Shown in pieces: positions 20,424-30,378 of a DNA stretch of 64,000 nucleotides. The first letter of the stretch is position 1; every line of letters begins with the position of its first letter. Made by a program: the position numbers and the translations under genes. The notes beneath the pieces were generated by a model. The model was not told the origin of the DNA. It was given only the letters and a program-made list of their open reading frames with translations, and did no database searches. The stretch comes from Candidatus Heimdallarchaeota archaeon (GTDB lineage: Archaea > Asgardarchaeota > Heimdallarchaeia > Heimdallarchaeales > Heimdallarchaeaceae): contig JAUVXV010000008.1 of the NCBI GenBank assembly GCA_030603365.1, positions 32,001 to 96,000 of the forward strand, in the 5' to 3' direction.

Positions 20424-21089
20424 ATGTCCTCTGAAGAAAAGCCCAAACAGGATATTGCAGAAACAATCTTATATTGTTCAACATTAATCAGTGACACCTT
20501 AATTCGAATGGCAGATCTCACCACATTAACACTTTTGTATCATCCTGGAATTGAAGAAAGGGTTGAAAAAATGGAGCATTTATATCAAAATGTTGTTAAT
20601 TTTGTTGATGATATTACTACAACAATTTATCAGCCAATTGATAGATTTGTAATTTCAATTAACCAATATGATCCTATTTTCACCCATCTTAAACATGTAG
20701 CTAAGCTAATGGCAGAATTGATTTCATTACTATCTCAAGAGCATATAAAAATGCAATTACAGACTCTAGAATATTATTATAATTTGAATAAATCAATTCT
20801 AGAGTGTATAAATGTTTTCAGTCACATTATTCACGCTAGTTTATCCACGATTGAAGCTTTTGAAAAATCAATAATTACGAATATTGAAATTGGAGCTCAT
20901 CAGCTTTATAGAATGATACTGCAAGAACTGCCATCAGAAAAAACAGACTGGAAACAGATTTTCATATTCTATCTAATTGCAGAAAAAATGAATTCAATTG
21001 TATTTCACTGTAGTGAGGCATGTAAGAAAGTCTATGCTGTAAGATTTGCCACAATTGGGATAAAGAAGAATGATCCGAGCCCTAAATAG
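20424..21089 (+). CDS. Helical protein, possibly PhoU/DUF47-like
   Basis: All-helical two-repeat pattern with PIDR in the first half; weak similarity only. Confidence 0.4.
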   Translation: MSSEEKPKQDIAETILYCSTLISDTLIRMADLTTLTLLYHPGIEERVEKMEHLYQNVVNFVDDITTTIYQPIDRFVISINQYDPIFTHLKHVAKLMAELISLLSQEHIKMQLQTLEYYYNLNKSILECINVFSHIIHASLSTIEAFEKSIITNIEIGAHQLYRMILQELPSEKTDWKQIFIFYLIAEKMNSIVFHCSEACKKVYAVRFATIGIKKNDPSPK

Positions 21090-21149
21090 AATTTTTAACA
21101 AATAGTAATAATTTTTTATACCGAGTTCTTATTTTGAATTGAGGAACAT

Positions 21150-21911
21150 ATGAAATCTTCATTCTTTGAGGTTGCACCTGATCTCCTGATAGTTGATAAT
21201 CAACCTATTCTTTTTCTAAAGGATATTAACGCGGTTGTTATTGCTGACTTGCATTTAGGTGTTGAAGCAATTATGCAAGAAGATGGTTCTTTTGTTCCAC
21301 ACAATCTTACATCACAGATTACTGAAAAAGTTGCAAGATATCTCAAGGATTTGAAACCCGAAGTTCTAGTTCTCAATGGTGATGTGAAGCACAGTTTTCA
21401 AGAACCTACTAAGATTGAAAATAGGGATGTGAAAAAATTCCTTCGTGAAGTAAGTTCCCTAGTTCCTGTTATTCATATAATGAAAGGCAATCATGACACT
21501 TTTCTTTCATGGGCACTCAAAAATTTCGAAAATGTTACTCTCCATAATTCATTATCTATTGGTAAATATCATTTTACTCATGGAGATAAAGAATTGGATA
21601 TTGAAATTCTAAAGGACATCGAGTATATTATAATTGGTCATTTGCACCCAGTTTTTGAATCAAAGGTTGATGGATTACAGAAAGTAAGATCTCCCACATT
21701 TCTAATGGGTCCTCTAAATGAAGGTTCTCAGAGTTTATTAGTACTACCTGCTTTTACTGAATATTCTTCTGGTTGCCCTATACATCCAGATTCTCAAGGT
21801 CACTATATTGTTCCAATTCTGAAAAATAAGGCAGATATCCAGAATTTTGAACTATATGTACTCGGAGAAAGAGAAACTTTTCATTTTCCAGAACTTAAGC
21901 TGTGGATGTAG
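21150..21911 (+). CDS. Calcineurin-like metallophosphoesterase (archaeal ICC/SbcD-related)
   Basis: ADLHLG, NGDVKH, GNHD, HGD, GHLHP, LPAF. Confidence 0.9.
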   Translation: MKSSFFEVAPDLLIVDNQPILFLKDINAVVIADLHLGVEAIMQEDGSFVPHNLTSQITEKVARYLKDLKPEVLVLNGDVKHSFQEPTKIENRDVKKFLREVSSLVPVIHIMKGNHDTFLSWALKNFENVTLHNSLSIGKYHFTHGDKELDIEILKDIEYIIIGHLHPVFESKVDGLQKVRSPTFLMGPLNEGSQSLLVLPAFTEYSSGCPIHPDSQGHYIVPILKNKADIQNFELYVLGERETFHFPELKLWM

Positions 21912-21993
21912 TTGAATACATGAAATTTAGCCAAAATTAATAAGTCTTGACTATATTATCATACCTAGTTAAAATCTATGATAGCTGAGTTCT

Positions 21994-22278
21994 ATGAGTA
22001 GAAAAGAATCTTTTCGTCCTACAATCTGTATGTTTCCATGCCCAGTATGTGCAATAGACACTGACATAGATATTTTTGAAGAATCGACTCGATCTACATT
22101 TTACTGTAGAAGTTGTGGAAGGGTGTATATCTGTAAACTACCTTTGGGTTCAATTCAAGTAGGAGATGATATTCGATATATTTGCCCGATTGACCATACA
22201 GAACTTGAAGAATCCCCTTTCAGAGCAAGAGAAATTGAATTACTTATCGAAAAGGCTAAAGAGGGGACAGATTCATAA
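21994..22278 (+). CDS. Small Cys-rich zinc-ribbon protein
   Basis: CPVC, CRSCG, CPIDH. Confidence 0.6.
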   Translation: MSRKESFRPTICMFPCPVCAIDTDIDIFEESTRSTFYCRSCGRVYICKLPLGSIQVGDDIRYICPIDHTELEESPFRAREIELLIEKAKEGTDS

Positions 22279-22291
22279 TTTCTTGATAAAA

Positions 22292-23263
22292 ATGAATCAT
22301 AAGAAAAAGGTTCATTCTAGAGTAAACCCTATTGATATTGAAAAAGTATCTTCCATCGATGAATTAATTGACCAATTTGATCAATCTGGTGTATTTGGTC
22401 CGGGCAGAATTGCAAAAGCTGTTAATATTTATTCTAGTATGATTGAAGAAGGTGCTACTGTATTCTTAGGTGTTGCAGGAGCTTTAGTTCCTGGTGGTAT
22501 GAGAAAGGTACTTACAGATATGATCCGAAATGACATGGTTCATGTAATAGTATCTACAGGGGCAAATGTAACTCATGACATAATTGAAGCATTTGGTGGT
22601 CAGCACATTAAACAGGTTTCTTATCATTCAGATGCTGAATTGAGAGAGAAATCTATTGATAGGATTTATGATGCTTTTGTTGAAGACGACTCTTTCATGA
22701 AACTTGAAGATCATATTCAACCAATATACAAAGAAATTTGGGAGAAACATAAAGATAGTACAAATACACTTGCTATATCAACAAGTGACTTACTTAAATT
22801 TATAGGAGAAAAGATAGAAGATCCGAATTCTTTTGTTCGAGCTGCTTATGAAAAAAACATCCCAATTTTCGTCCCAGCGTTAAGTGACAGTGTTTTAGGT
22901 CTACAATTATGGCTCTTTTCACAAATGAATAGAACATTAATTGATGCTATGGGAGATTTAGGAAAAATACAAAGCTTAGCAGGAGATGCTGATAAAACTG
23001 GGGCATTTTTCCTTGGTGGAGGAGTTCCAAAGAATTATATTTTTCAATCAAAACTTATGTCTCCAAAATCTTTTGATTATGCAATTCAAATTACAATGGA
23101 CAGAGTAGAAACAGGAGGTCTTTCTGGGGCGTCTTTGGAAGAATCCATTTCCTGGGGAAAAACATCTTCTAAGAGTAAAATGGTTACAGTTGTTGCAGAT
23201 ATTACCATAGTTTTACCATTGATTTATGCCGGTGTATTAGCTCGAATTAAACAGGTTGACTAG
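22292..23263 (+). CDS. dys: Deoxyhypusine synthase
   Basis: GALVPGGMR, STGANVTHD, DRIYD, PALSDS, GGGVPKN, GGLSGASLEESISWGK with catalytic Lys; start at ATG 22292. Confidence 0.93.
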   Translation: MNHKKKVHSRVNPIDIEKVSSIDELIDQFDQSGVFGPGRIAKAVNIYSSMIEEGATVFLGVAGALVPGGMRKVLTDMIRNDMVHVIVSTGANVTHDIIEAFGGQHIKQVSYHSDAELREKSIDRIYDAFVEDDSFMKLEDHIQPIYKEIWEKHKDSTNTLAISTSDLLKFIGEKIEDPNSFVRAAYEKNIPIFVPALSDSVLGLQLWLFSQMNRTLIDAMGDLGKIQSLAGDADKTGAFFLGGGVPKNYIFQSKLMSPKSFDYAIQITMDRVETGGLSGASLEESISWGKTSSKSKMVTVVADITIVLPLIYAGVLARIKQVD

Positions 23264-23308
23264 TACAAGGACAAAATTATTAATTGAACCTCCTTTCTAT
23301 ATTTATAG

Positions 23309-24112
23309 ATGAGTGAGAATCATATGCAAATCTTTGTTTCCATACCTGATTTAATCTCAAATCTCACACCGGAAAACTACAAAATTTTAGATTTGAGAGA
23401 GATTCAAAGATTTGAAAAAGGTCATATTAAAGGTTCAATTCATATTGATAATAATTTTTTCACTCTACAAAATGAAGATGGCATAAATATCATTCCTGAT
23501 AAAGAAGTTTTGACAGATTATCTTCAAGAAAAAGGTATTAATTGTAACGATAAAATAATTTTAGTAGACGATGTTTTTAACCTCAATTGCTCTCTAGCAG
23601 CTTGGACTCTTCATTATTTTGGTTTTAAGAATGTTATTCTTTTAGATGGTGCTTTCTCAAAATGGGAGAAGCAAATCAATGAATTAACTACAGAAATAAT
23701 AGAATTTCCTAGAGGTGATATAATTTTAGAAGAGCGTAATGCAGATATTTTGATTTCCAAGGATGAAATCTTGATGAATATCCATTCCGATGATTTCCTT
23801 TTTGTAGACAATAGATCTGAATATGCTCTTCTACTTGACCAACAAGGTGGGAATATACCAGGTGCGATTCATCTTTGGTATCTTGAGGTATTCGAAGAAT
23901 ATCCAGATTACTTTGTTCTGAAAGAAAAAGATTCAATTATTGAAGAATTGAATGTCAGAAATATATCGAAAAACAAAAGTATTATCGTGTACTGCGAATC
24001 AGCTCCACAATCTGCATTAATCTATTTAGTACTCAAAGAATTAGGATATCCAGATGTTCGTCTCTATCTTGCAGGATATGACGAATGGAGGCTATCTAAT
24101 TCATTTATCTGA
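23309..24112 (+). CDS. Tandem-domain rhodanese/sulfurtransferase
   Basis: GHIKGS, LLDG, NIPGAIH, IIVYC, LYLAGYDEW. Confidence 0.88.
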   Translation: MSENHMQIFVSIPDLISNLTPENYKILDLREIQRFEKGHIKGSIHIDNNFFTLQNEDGINIIPDKEVLTDYLQEKGINCNDKIILVDDVFNLNCSLAAWTLHYFGFKNVILLDGAFSKWEKQINELTTEIIEFPRGDIILEERNADILISKDEILMNIHSDDFLFVDNRSEYALLLDQQGGNIPGAIHLWYLEVFEEYPDYFVLKEKDSIIEELNVRNISKNKSIIVYCESAPQSALIYLVLKELGYPDVRLYLAGYDEWRLSNSFI

Positions 24113-24113
24113 T

Positions 24114-25946
24114 CTAAATATCAGAACTTGTAACCAACTTAGATGCGATTAAAGAGTAATCAACACCATACAATTTAGCTACTTCTTGATTAATTTTATT
24201 TTTTATTTCTTTTACTTCATAATCTTGTTTTTTTGAGTTTTTAATTTTATGAAGAATTTCTTTTACTAAGTAAATTAAAATGTCTTTTTCTTCAGTTCCA
24301 GGTATTGGTATTTTTTTTAGAGGATCACTAAAGAATTCTAACATTTTACCTTTTCTTTTCCCTGCTTCTGAATACCAAAAATTCATTAAGTCACTATTTA
24401 AAATTCCAAGTAGAAAATAAAAATCCTCTTCCAATTTCGGGATTATTACATAGATATCAGTAGCTCCAAAGGAACCGTTTTCATCAATACCAAATCGAGG
24501 ATGAATGCTTCTATATGGAACCATAATTTTCGTTTGATGATTCATAAAGATTTTAAGATTTCTGTAAACACTGAAATCAAACCATCTTATCTTATTTGAT
24601 TTAATTAACCTTTGTCGATCTGGACCCTGTTCCAACTTCCTTTTATTTTGTTCTAGATATTGTCTAATGTTTGGAAAATTCTCTAAATCATCTATTTTTG
24701 AGGGAAGTATAGCAATTTTCAGATTTTCATTATTCACAATCCATTCTCTGACATCTTTATTCGTTAAAAAAGGAACCAGAGCTTCTTTTTCCAGAGATAG
24801 TCTTTCAGAATTGGATTTGGTCATAACAAATATTTCCTTTACTCCTGGTGAAAGCCCTTGAGAGACTTGCGCTAATTGTTCTAGTTTGATACATTTACCT
24901 TTGTCCTCAATTTGCTTTAGTAATTTCAAATGAGGCGATAGTACCCATTTTTCCTTTCCAAGATTAGCTTGATCTATCTCAAAAAAGAGTTTGTCTATCG
25001 TAGATTTTCTTCTTTTGTGATTTTCCAAAATAGTTTTAGGGATATTCTTTACGACCTTGACATTTCTTGTCGGAAAACACTTTTGAATTGTTGTTATACA
25101 AGTTGATACATTAAGCCACTTTCCATTGTCTTTGAAGATATTTAGATTACTCAAATCCAAGAATTCCAAAATTTGATTTTTTACAATTTGTTCTCTTAAA
25201 ATATCACCATACTTATTCTCTACCCAATAATTCGGAATAATAAAAGATAGTAATCCATCATTTGAAAGATAATTTAATGATTGTAGAATAAAGTAATAAT
25301 AAATGTCAGAGGAAGATCTGAAGAATTGTTTCCATGTTTTAGACTGTTTTAAGTATTTGAACAACAGATTTGCATTCTTATCTAAAAGTTCCATCTTCTT
25401 TAAATTGTAATATGGAGGATTTCCAATAATAACATCAAAAGAATTTCTGGGATGAAAAGTTTTTTTCCAGTCTAATGGGTTAAGTTGCTGAGCCTCTTCT
25501 GAAGGAAGCACTTGAAATGAATCGTTGTTGACGATGCTGTTACCCACATACATATTTGCAAAAGAATTACTACTAAGCATTGGAAAGAAAAAAGAAATCC
25601 GTTCCTTACACTCGTCAAGAACATCAGGTTTGAGCTCTATCCCATAGATGTTTGATTCAGAAAAATTCTTGAAAAAAGTATTCTTTTCATCTTGTTTGAT
25701 ATCTTTGAATTTCTTTAACTCATTCCAAACTCTTTTTAAAATGCCAATAACAAAATTCCCAGTTCCTAGAGAAGGATCACAAAAGTATAATTCTCCTAAA
25801 GATTTCTGAAAGTAATTATAAGTGTTAGTTATTAGTTTATTTTCCTCAGTTAAATAATTGAAAACACGTTCAATCATGAAGTCCACTACAAAAGATGGAG
25901 TGTAAAATGAACCAGTTCTTTTCTTATTCCCTTGGTGTTCAATCAT
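24114..25946 (-). CDS. N6-adenine DNA methyltransferase (TaqI/Eco57I-like) with C-terminal target-recognition domain
   Basis: GSFYTP, DPSLGTGNF motif I, YGIE, FDVIIGNPPY motif IV, FLLGILNS. Confidence 0.9.
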   Translation of the reverse strand: MIEHQGNKKRTGSFYTPSFVVDFMIERVFNYLTEENKLITNTYNYFQKSLGELYFCDPSLGTGNFVIGILKRVWNELKKFKDIKQDEKNTFFKNFSESNIYGIELKPDVLDECKERISFFFPMLSSNSFANMYVGNSIVNNDSFQVLPSEEAQQLNPLDWKKTFHPRNSFDVIIGNPPYYNLKKMELLDKNANLLFKYLKQSKTWKQFFRSSSDIYYYFILQSLNYLSNDGLLSFIIPNYWVENKYGDILREQIVKNQILEFLDLSNLNIFKDNGKWLNVSTCITTIQKCFPTRNVKVVKNIPKTILENHKRRKSTIDKLFFEIDQANLGKEKWVLSPHLKLLKQIEDKGKCIKLEQLAQVSQGLSPGVKEIFVMTKSNSERLSLEKEALVPFLTNKDVREWIVNNENLKIAILPSKIDDLENFPNIRQYLEQNKRKLEQGPDRQRLIKSNKIRWFDFSVYRNLKIFMNHQTKIMVPYRSIHPRFGIDENGSFGATDIYVIIPKLEEDFYFLLGILNSDLMNFWYSEAGKRKGKMLEFFSDPLKKIPIPGTEEKDILIYLVKEILHKIKNSKKQDYEVKEIKNKINQEVAKLYGVDYSLIASKLVTSSDI

Positions 25947-26201
25947 TTAGCTGCATGAACACAATTTCTTGACAAATATAAAAGTATCTACAAGTTAAGT
26001 AAAGATTCTCCCTCCCATATCCGGTGTATGAAGCTTTGCCACGAAGATGGAATAGCCTTGTCAAAGGAATTATTGTCTGAAGTAATTTAAGAATGGCTGA
26101 AAAAATTGCAGTTAGGTTGCATGTCAAGAATTTTCCTTTGGGTTTTTATACTTTTACAACTATTGGGTAAAATTTAACAATATCTATGAAAAAGATAAGC
26201 T

Positions 26202-27905
26202 GTGCCCGAATTAAGAGTGCTTGAAAAGGTAAAAAAAAGATTTGTTGACAACAAGTATGACATCTTCCTACAGATAGCTATCGTAGTATCCTTATTTGTC
26301 ATCTCGATGTTGATCAGATCAAACTTAAGAGAATGGATTTATGCAAATTATGACTTATCTGTGAATGTTATAAATGCTCTTCATTATACTTATCTTAATC
26401 CAGAAGCTTATACTTGGGAAATATTCCCTGATGCTCAAACTTACTATGTAGAGTATCTTGATGCTTTCAAATTTGAGCAATGGAATCCTTATAACTTAGA
26501 CAGAGGAAGACCTCTATCTGGTTATGTATATGGACCTATTTTTGTATATGGTTTAACATTAATGTCATATTTAGTAGGGATCTTCTTTCCAGGGCTTTCT
26601 GCTTCACAAAAAATCTGGTTATCAGTTCAAATTTCTCCTTTAATTTTTGATTCAATTACAACAGTTTTCATCTATTGTATATTACTCAAAAAGAGGAAGG
26701 AAGGAAAAAGAAGTAAGATAAATATGATTTATTCGTATATAGCAGCTATTATTTTCATCTTTATGCCTCTAGTTCTTTTTTACAATGACACATTATATCT
26801 GAACACATATATGTTCACAACATTTACAGTAATTTCTCTTTATTTCCTAAGTAGAGATAAACATAAACAATCAGCAATGTTTTTGGCCATAGCTATATTG
26901 ACCAAACTAAACGCTCTATTTATTGCGCCATTCTGGTTGGTATACGTAGCTAGAAACAATTTAAAGAAAGGAATAGAATTTCTTTTAGTTCTAGTAAGTG
27001 CCTATCTTATTTTCTCTTTACCTTGGATTATTTTATCTCCCAAGATGTATTTCTACCAACAGTTTTGGCCAGGAAAAACGGGAAACACTCACTTTGGAAT
27101 AGAGGATTTGTATGTACTCTGGTCTACAACTCCTTTCCATGCTTTTCTATATTGGGCACAAGAAACAGGATCAACATTCTGGTCAGATGCTGCGGTTTTT
27201 TATAGAGACTTGAATGCCATCTATTTACCTTTATTGATTTTTGTCGCAATCTGCTGTTTAGTTGCTTTGTTAAGCGGAAAAAATATGAAGCAAAATCGTA
27301 GTACTTTCTTTTCCTATACCGCTATGTTTACCATTGGAAGTCATATTTTCTTATCTCGAGGAAATTACAAATACTATGACCCATTTTTCATACCCTTTGT
27401 GGTTATTGCCATAGCTTCTTGGGCACAAGATTTAGATAGGAAATTATCAAAAACAACAAAAATAGTTTTGAGTATTCCTTCATCTATAGGAAAATATAAG
27501 GAAGATGAAACGAAAAAACCGAGCAACAAAGCTATTTCAAAAATAAAAAATATATTAAGTACTATTGACGAGAACAAGAAATTCCAAATTACAATGAAAA
27601 TTCTAGCTTTTCTTATCTTCTGTGGAGTAATATCATGGATTTTTATTTTGAATTACTGGATCATTCTTAGAGTCAAATGGTTACATATGTTTTACACTTT
27701 TCTACTAGCAGTTACGATGATTGCAACTTTTGATTTCAAAACTCATATAACTTTAGTAGACAAAAGAAATTACAAAGATTTGTGGGAATTTATCAAATAC
27801 GAATATCAGAATTTTGTTCAATGGATAAAAACATTCAGTAGGAAAATAAAAACATTAGGAAAAAGAAAAGAGGCAAGTAGCATTAATGGAGAGAAGCTTT
27901 CCTAA
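26202..27905 (+). CDS. Multi-TM GT-C fold glycosyltransferase (GT87/PIG-M-like)
   Basis: Luminal D..YY, NPY...YVYGP loop, LAIAILTK, about 12 TM helices. Confidence 0.6.
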   Translation: MPELRVLEKVKKRFVDNKYDIFLQIAIVVSLFVISMLIRSNLREWIYANYDLSVNVINALHYTYLNPEAYTWEIFPDAQTYYVEYLDAFKFEQWNPYNLDRGRPLSGYVYGPIFVYGLTLMSYLVGIFFPGLSASQKIWLSVQISPLIFDSITTVFIYCILLKKRKEGKRSKINMIYSYIAAIIFIFMPLVLFYNDTLYLNTYMFTTFTVISLYFLSRDKHKQSAMFLAIAILTKLNALFIAPFWLVYVARNNLKKGIEFLLVLVSAYLIFSLPWIILSPKMYFYQQFWPGKTGNTHFGIEDLYVLWSTTPFHAFLYWAQETGSTFWSDAAVFYRDLNAIYLPLLIFVAICCLVALLSGKNMKQNRSTFFSYTAMFTIGSHIFLSRGNYKYYDPFFIPFVVIAIASWAQDLDRKLSKTTKIVLSIPSSIGKYKEDETKKPSNKAISKIKNILSTIDENKKFQITMKILAFLIFCGVISWIFILNYWIILRVKWLHMFYTFLLAVTMIATFDFKTHITLVDKRNYKDLWEFIKYEYQNFVQWIKTFSRKIKTLGKRKEASSINGEKLS

Positions 27906-28863
27906 CTAATCGTTGCCATTTTTCGTCAATCTCATCCTGTATTTCTATCATCTTCTTCTTCCATTCAGGTTTAAACAGATGTCTAAACCGTCCTTGTGGT
28001 TTTAAGAAATCTTCAATTGGAAGTTTTTTCTCAGGATTTTTAGCTAATCTAGCTGAAATACCTGTTAAGATCCACTCATCTTTGTAAGTATGGAAAAGTG
28101 GGAAAAAGCAAGTTTTTACTGCAAGTTTGGATATTTCTATAGATTGATCTGGGGCATATCTATGTCCAAGATTGCATGAAGAATCAACTAACATAAATGC
28201 TGGTCCATCATGTTTAAGTCCAGCCTGAACTTTTGCCATTAAATCTCTTGGATAGGCAGGACTAGCTGTAAAAGTAGGGATATCATGTGCAGCCATTATT
28301 TCAGCTAAGGGTTTTTGCCACTCTATTTTTCCAGGAATTTCAGTTCCTGGTGGACTTGTTGTAGTAGCAGCACCTTGAGGAGTACCTCCAGAACGTTGGA
28401 TTCCAGTATTCATATAAGCTCCATTTGAGTAACATACGTAAAGGAAGTCATGACCCCGTTCTATGGCCCCAGAGAGGCTTTGAAGACCAATATCATATGT
28501 TCCACCATCCCCTGCAAACACAATCATATTTACTTCTCGTTCTCTCATAATTCCTTTTCTTTGCATAGCTTTCATAGCTTCAATTGCTCCTGAAGCTGTT
28601 GCGGCTGCATTCTCAAAGGCATTATGTAACCATGGTGCATCCCAGGCTGTATATGGATATATTGTTGTTGCTACTTCTAAGCAACCTGTTGCATTTACCA
28701 ACATGAATGGGTCACCCAATGCTTTTGCAGCAAGAGTTACTTGCCTTGCCATGATACCAGCTCCACATCCTGCACATAATCTGTGTCCTGAAGTTAATAC
28801 TTCGCCTAGTTTAGACCAATCTTGAAGGTCTTTTACAGAAACTTTAGGTAATTGTATTGTCAT
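27883..28863 (-). CDS. porB: Pyruvate/2-oxoacid:ferredoxin oxidoreductase beta subunit
   Basis: GHRLCAGCG, ATGCLEV, GDGGTYDIG TPP motif, YMNTGIQRS. Confidence 0.93.
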   Translation of the reverse strand: MTIQLPKVSVKDLQDWSKLGEVLTSGHRLCAGCGAGIMARQVTLAAKALGDPFMLVNATGCLEVATTIYPYTAWDAPWLHNAFENAAATASGAIEAMKAMQRKGIMREREVNMIVFAGDGGTYDIGLQSLSGAIERGHDFLYVCYSNGAYMNTGIQRSGGTPQGAATTTSPPGTEIPGKIEWQKPLAEIMAAHDIPTFTASPAYPRDLMAKVQAGLKHDGPAFMLVDSSCNLGHRYAPDQSIEISKLAVKTCFFPLFHTYKDEWILTGISARLAKNPEKKLPIEDFLKPQGRFRHLFKPEWKKKMIEIQDEIDEKWQRLVRKASLH

Positions 28864-28873
28864 CTTCTTCTCC

Positions 28874-30061
28874 TCACTTCCTATATCCCACCCAATCTGT
28901 CGTTGTAGTCATCCCAATATCATGATAGTCTTTTGTTTTCTCAAATATTTCTTCTATCTCAGGTAGTGTTAGCACTCTTCCTCCTAAACCATTGATATAT
29001 CCATGCAAAGAAGGAACGTTTTCTTTACCATAAAGTGCTGATGCTAGGTCAGTTTGCACTATGGTTCCAGGAGAACCAAAAGTTGCAGACCTATCTAGAA
29101 TGCTTACTGCTTTTATTCCACTCAAAGCTTCATGAATATCCAAGGATGGAAAAGGTCTGTAAAGTCTAATTTTCAAAGCCCCTACTTTTTCTCCTTTTTC
29201 TCTTAATCTATCCACTACTGCTTTAGCATTACCTGCTGTTGCTCCATAAGAGACAAAAGCGTATTCAGCATCTTCTAGTTTATATTCTTCTATAACTTCC
29301 ATCTTTCGTCCTGACATCTCTGAAAATTCAGCCATAACATCTTTAGTTACTTGATATGCTCTTTGTATAGCTTCTTCTTGTTGTCTTTTGATTTCCATGT
29401 AGTAATCCTGTAAAACTAATGATCCGAAGGTCATTTTATCGTCTGGATTAAATCGGTATTTTAATGACCTGGATTCAGGCAAAAAGTCTTCAACTTGTTG
29501 TTTACTTAAGGTTTCAACTCTTTCAAGAGCATGGGTTACAATAAAACCTTCAATTCCAAACATTGCAGGTAGCATTACATCTGGATGTTCAGCTATTTTG
29601 AAAGATAATATTGTCTCATCGTATGCTTCTTGTGCTGATTCTCCGAATAACGACACCCAAGATGCATCCCTGCAAACCAGCTGATCTGTACATTCTCCAT
29701 GGATATTGATTGGTGCTGAAAAAGCTCTATTTGCAACTGCCAATACAATAGGACATCTCATTCCTGATGCAACATATAGAATTTCATACATCAATGCCAA
29801 ACCTGCACTAGCTGTTGCAGTAAAGACTCTAGCACCTGTTAATGATGCCCCCACACATGCAGACATTGCACTATGTTCAGATTCAACAGAGATAAAACTA
29901 GTATCAACTTCACCATTATTTACAAAGTCACTATATCTTTCAACAATGATTGTTTGTGGTGTAATCGGATAGGCCGCTACAACATCTGGGTTAACAAGTT
30001 TTGCTGCATTTGCAACTGCTTCATCTCCAGTCATACCTTTAACTTCTCTTATTCCACTCAT
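28874..30061 (-). CDS. porA: Pyruvate/2-oxoacid:ferredoxin oxidoreductase alpha subunit
   Basis: AAYPITPQT, VESEHSAMS, TATASAGL, RPFP, GLGGR. Confidence 0.93.
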   Translation of the reverse strand: MSGIREVKGMTGDEAVANAAKLVNPDVVAAYPITPQTIIVERYSDFVNNGEVDTSFISVESEHSAMSACVGASLTGARVFTATASAGLALMYEILYVASGMRCPIVLAVANRAFSAPINIHGECTDQLVCRDASWVSLFGESAQEAYDETILSFKIAEHPDVMLPAMFGIEGFIVTHALERVETLSKQQVEDFLPESRSLKYRFNPDDKMTFGSLVLQDYYMEIKRQQEEAIQRAYQVTKDVMAEFSEMSGRKMEVIEEYKLEDAEYAFVSYGATAGNAKAVVDRLREKGEKVGALKIRLYRPFPSLDIHEALSGIKAVSILDRSATFGSPGTIVQTDLASALYGKENVPSLHGYINGLGGRVLTLPEIEEIFEKTKDYHDIGMTTTTDWVGYRK

Positions 30062-30378
30062 CTTGTAACCCTCCTTATTTCAATTGCATCAACAGGACAA
30101 TTTTTCGCACAAATCCCACAACCTTTGCAGAATTGAGTATCACATTCAGCTTTCATTTCATCGTCCATAATAATAGCAGAATCAGGACAGTAGTAGAAGC
30201 AATTCATACAGCTGATACACTTCTCTTTATCTATTATAGCCTTAAATGCACTCCAGTCCCCTGTTTTATATGCATAAGCTGAGTGGTAGGGCACAATTCC
30301 ACCTTCAGGTAGTTTAGATGCACCCCATTTTTCTTTTACCCATCTTTCAAATTCATCTGGTGCTTCTTTTACCATCAT
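30058..30378 (-). CDS. porD: Oxidoreductase delta subunit, 2x[4Fe-4S]
   Basis: KTGDW, CISCMNCFYYCP, CKGCGICAKNCP. Confidence 0.92.
   Translation of the reverse strand: MMVKEAPDEFERWVKEKWGASKLPEGGIVPYHSAYAYKTGDWSAFKAIIDKEKCISCMNCFYYCPDSAIIMDDEMKAECDTQFCKGCGICAKNCPVDAIEIRRVTR

Noticed and set aside
22166-22291. N-terminal extension of deoxyhypusine synthase overlapping the zinc-ribbon gene
   Set aside because: Family similarity starts after ATG 22292; the extension is an ORF-caller artefact.
25939-26127. 62-aa ORF upstream of the methyltransferase (possible controller protein or nuclease remnant)
   Set aside because: No HTH or PD-(D/E)xK motif visible; cannot be supported.
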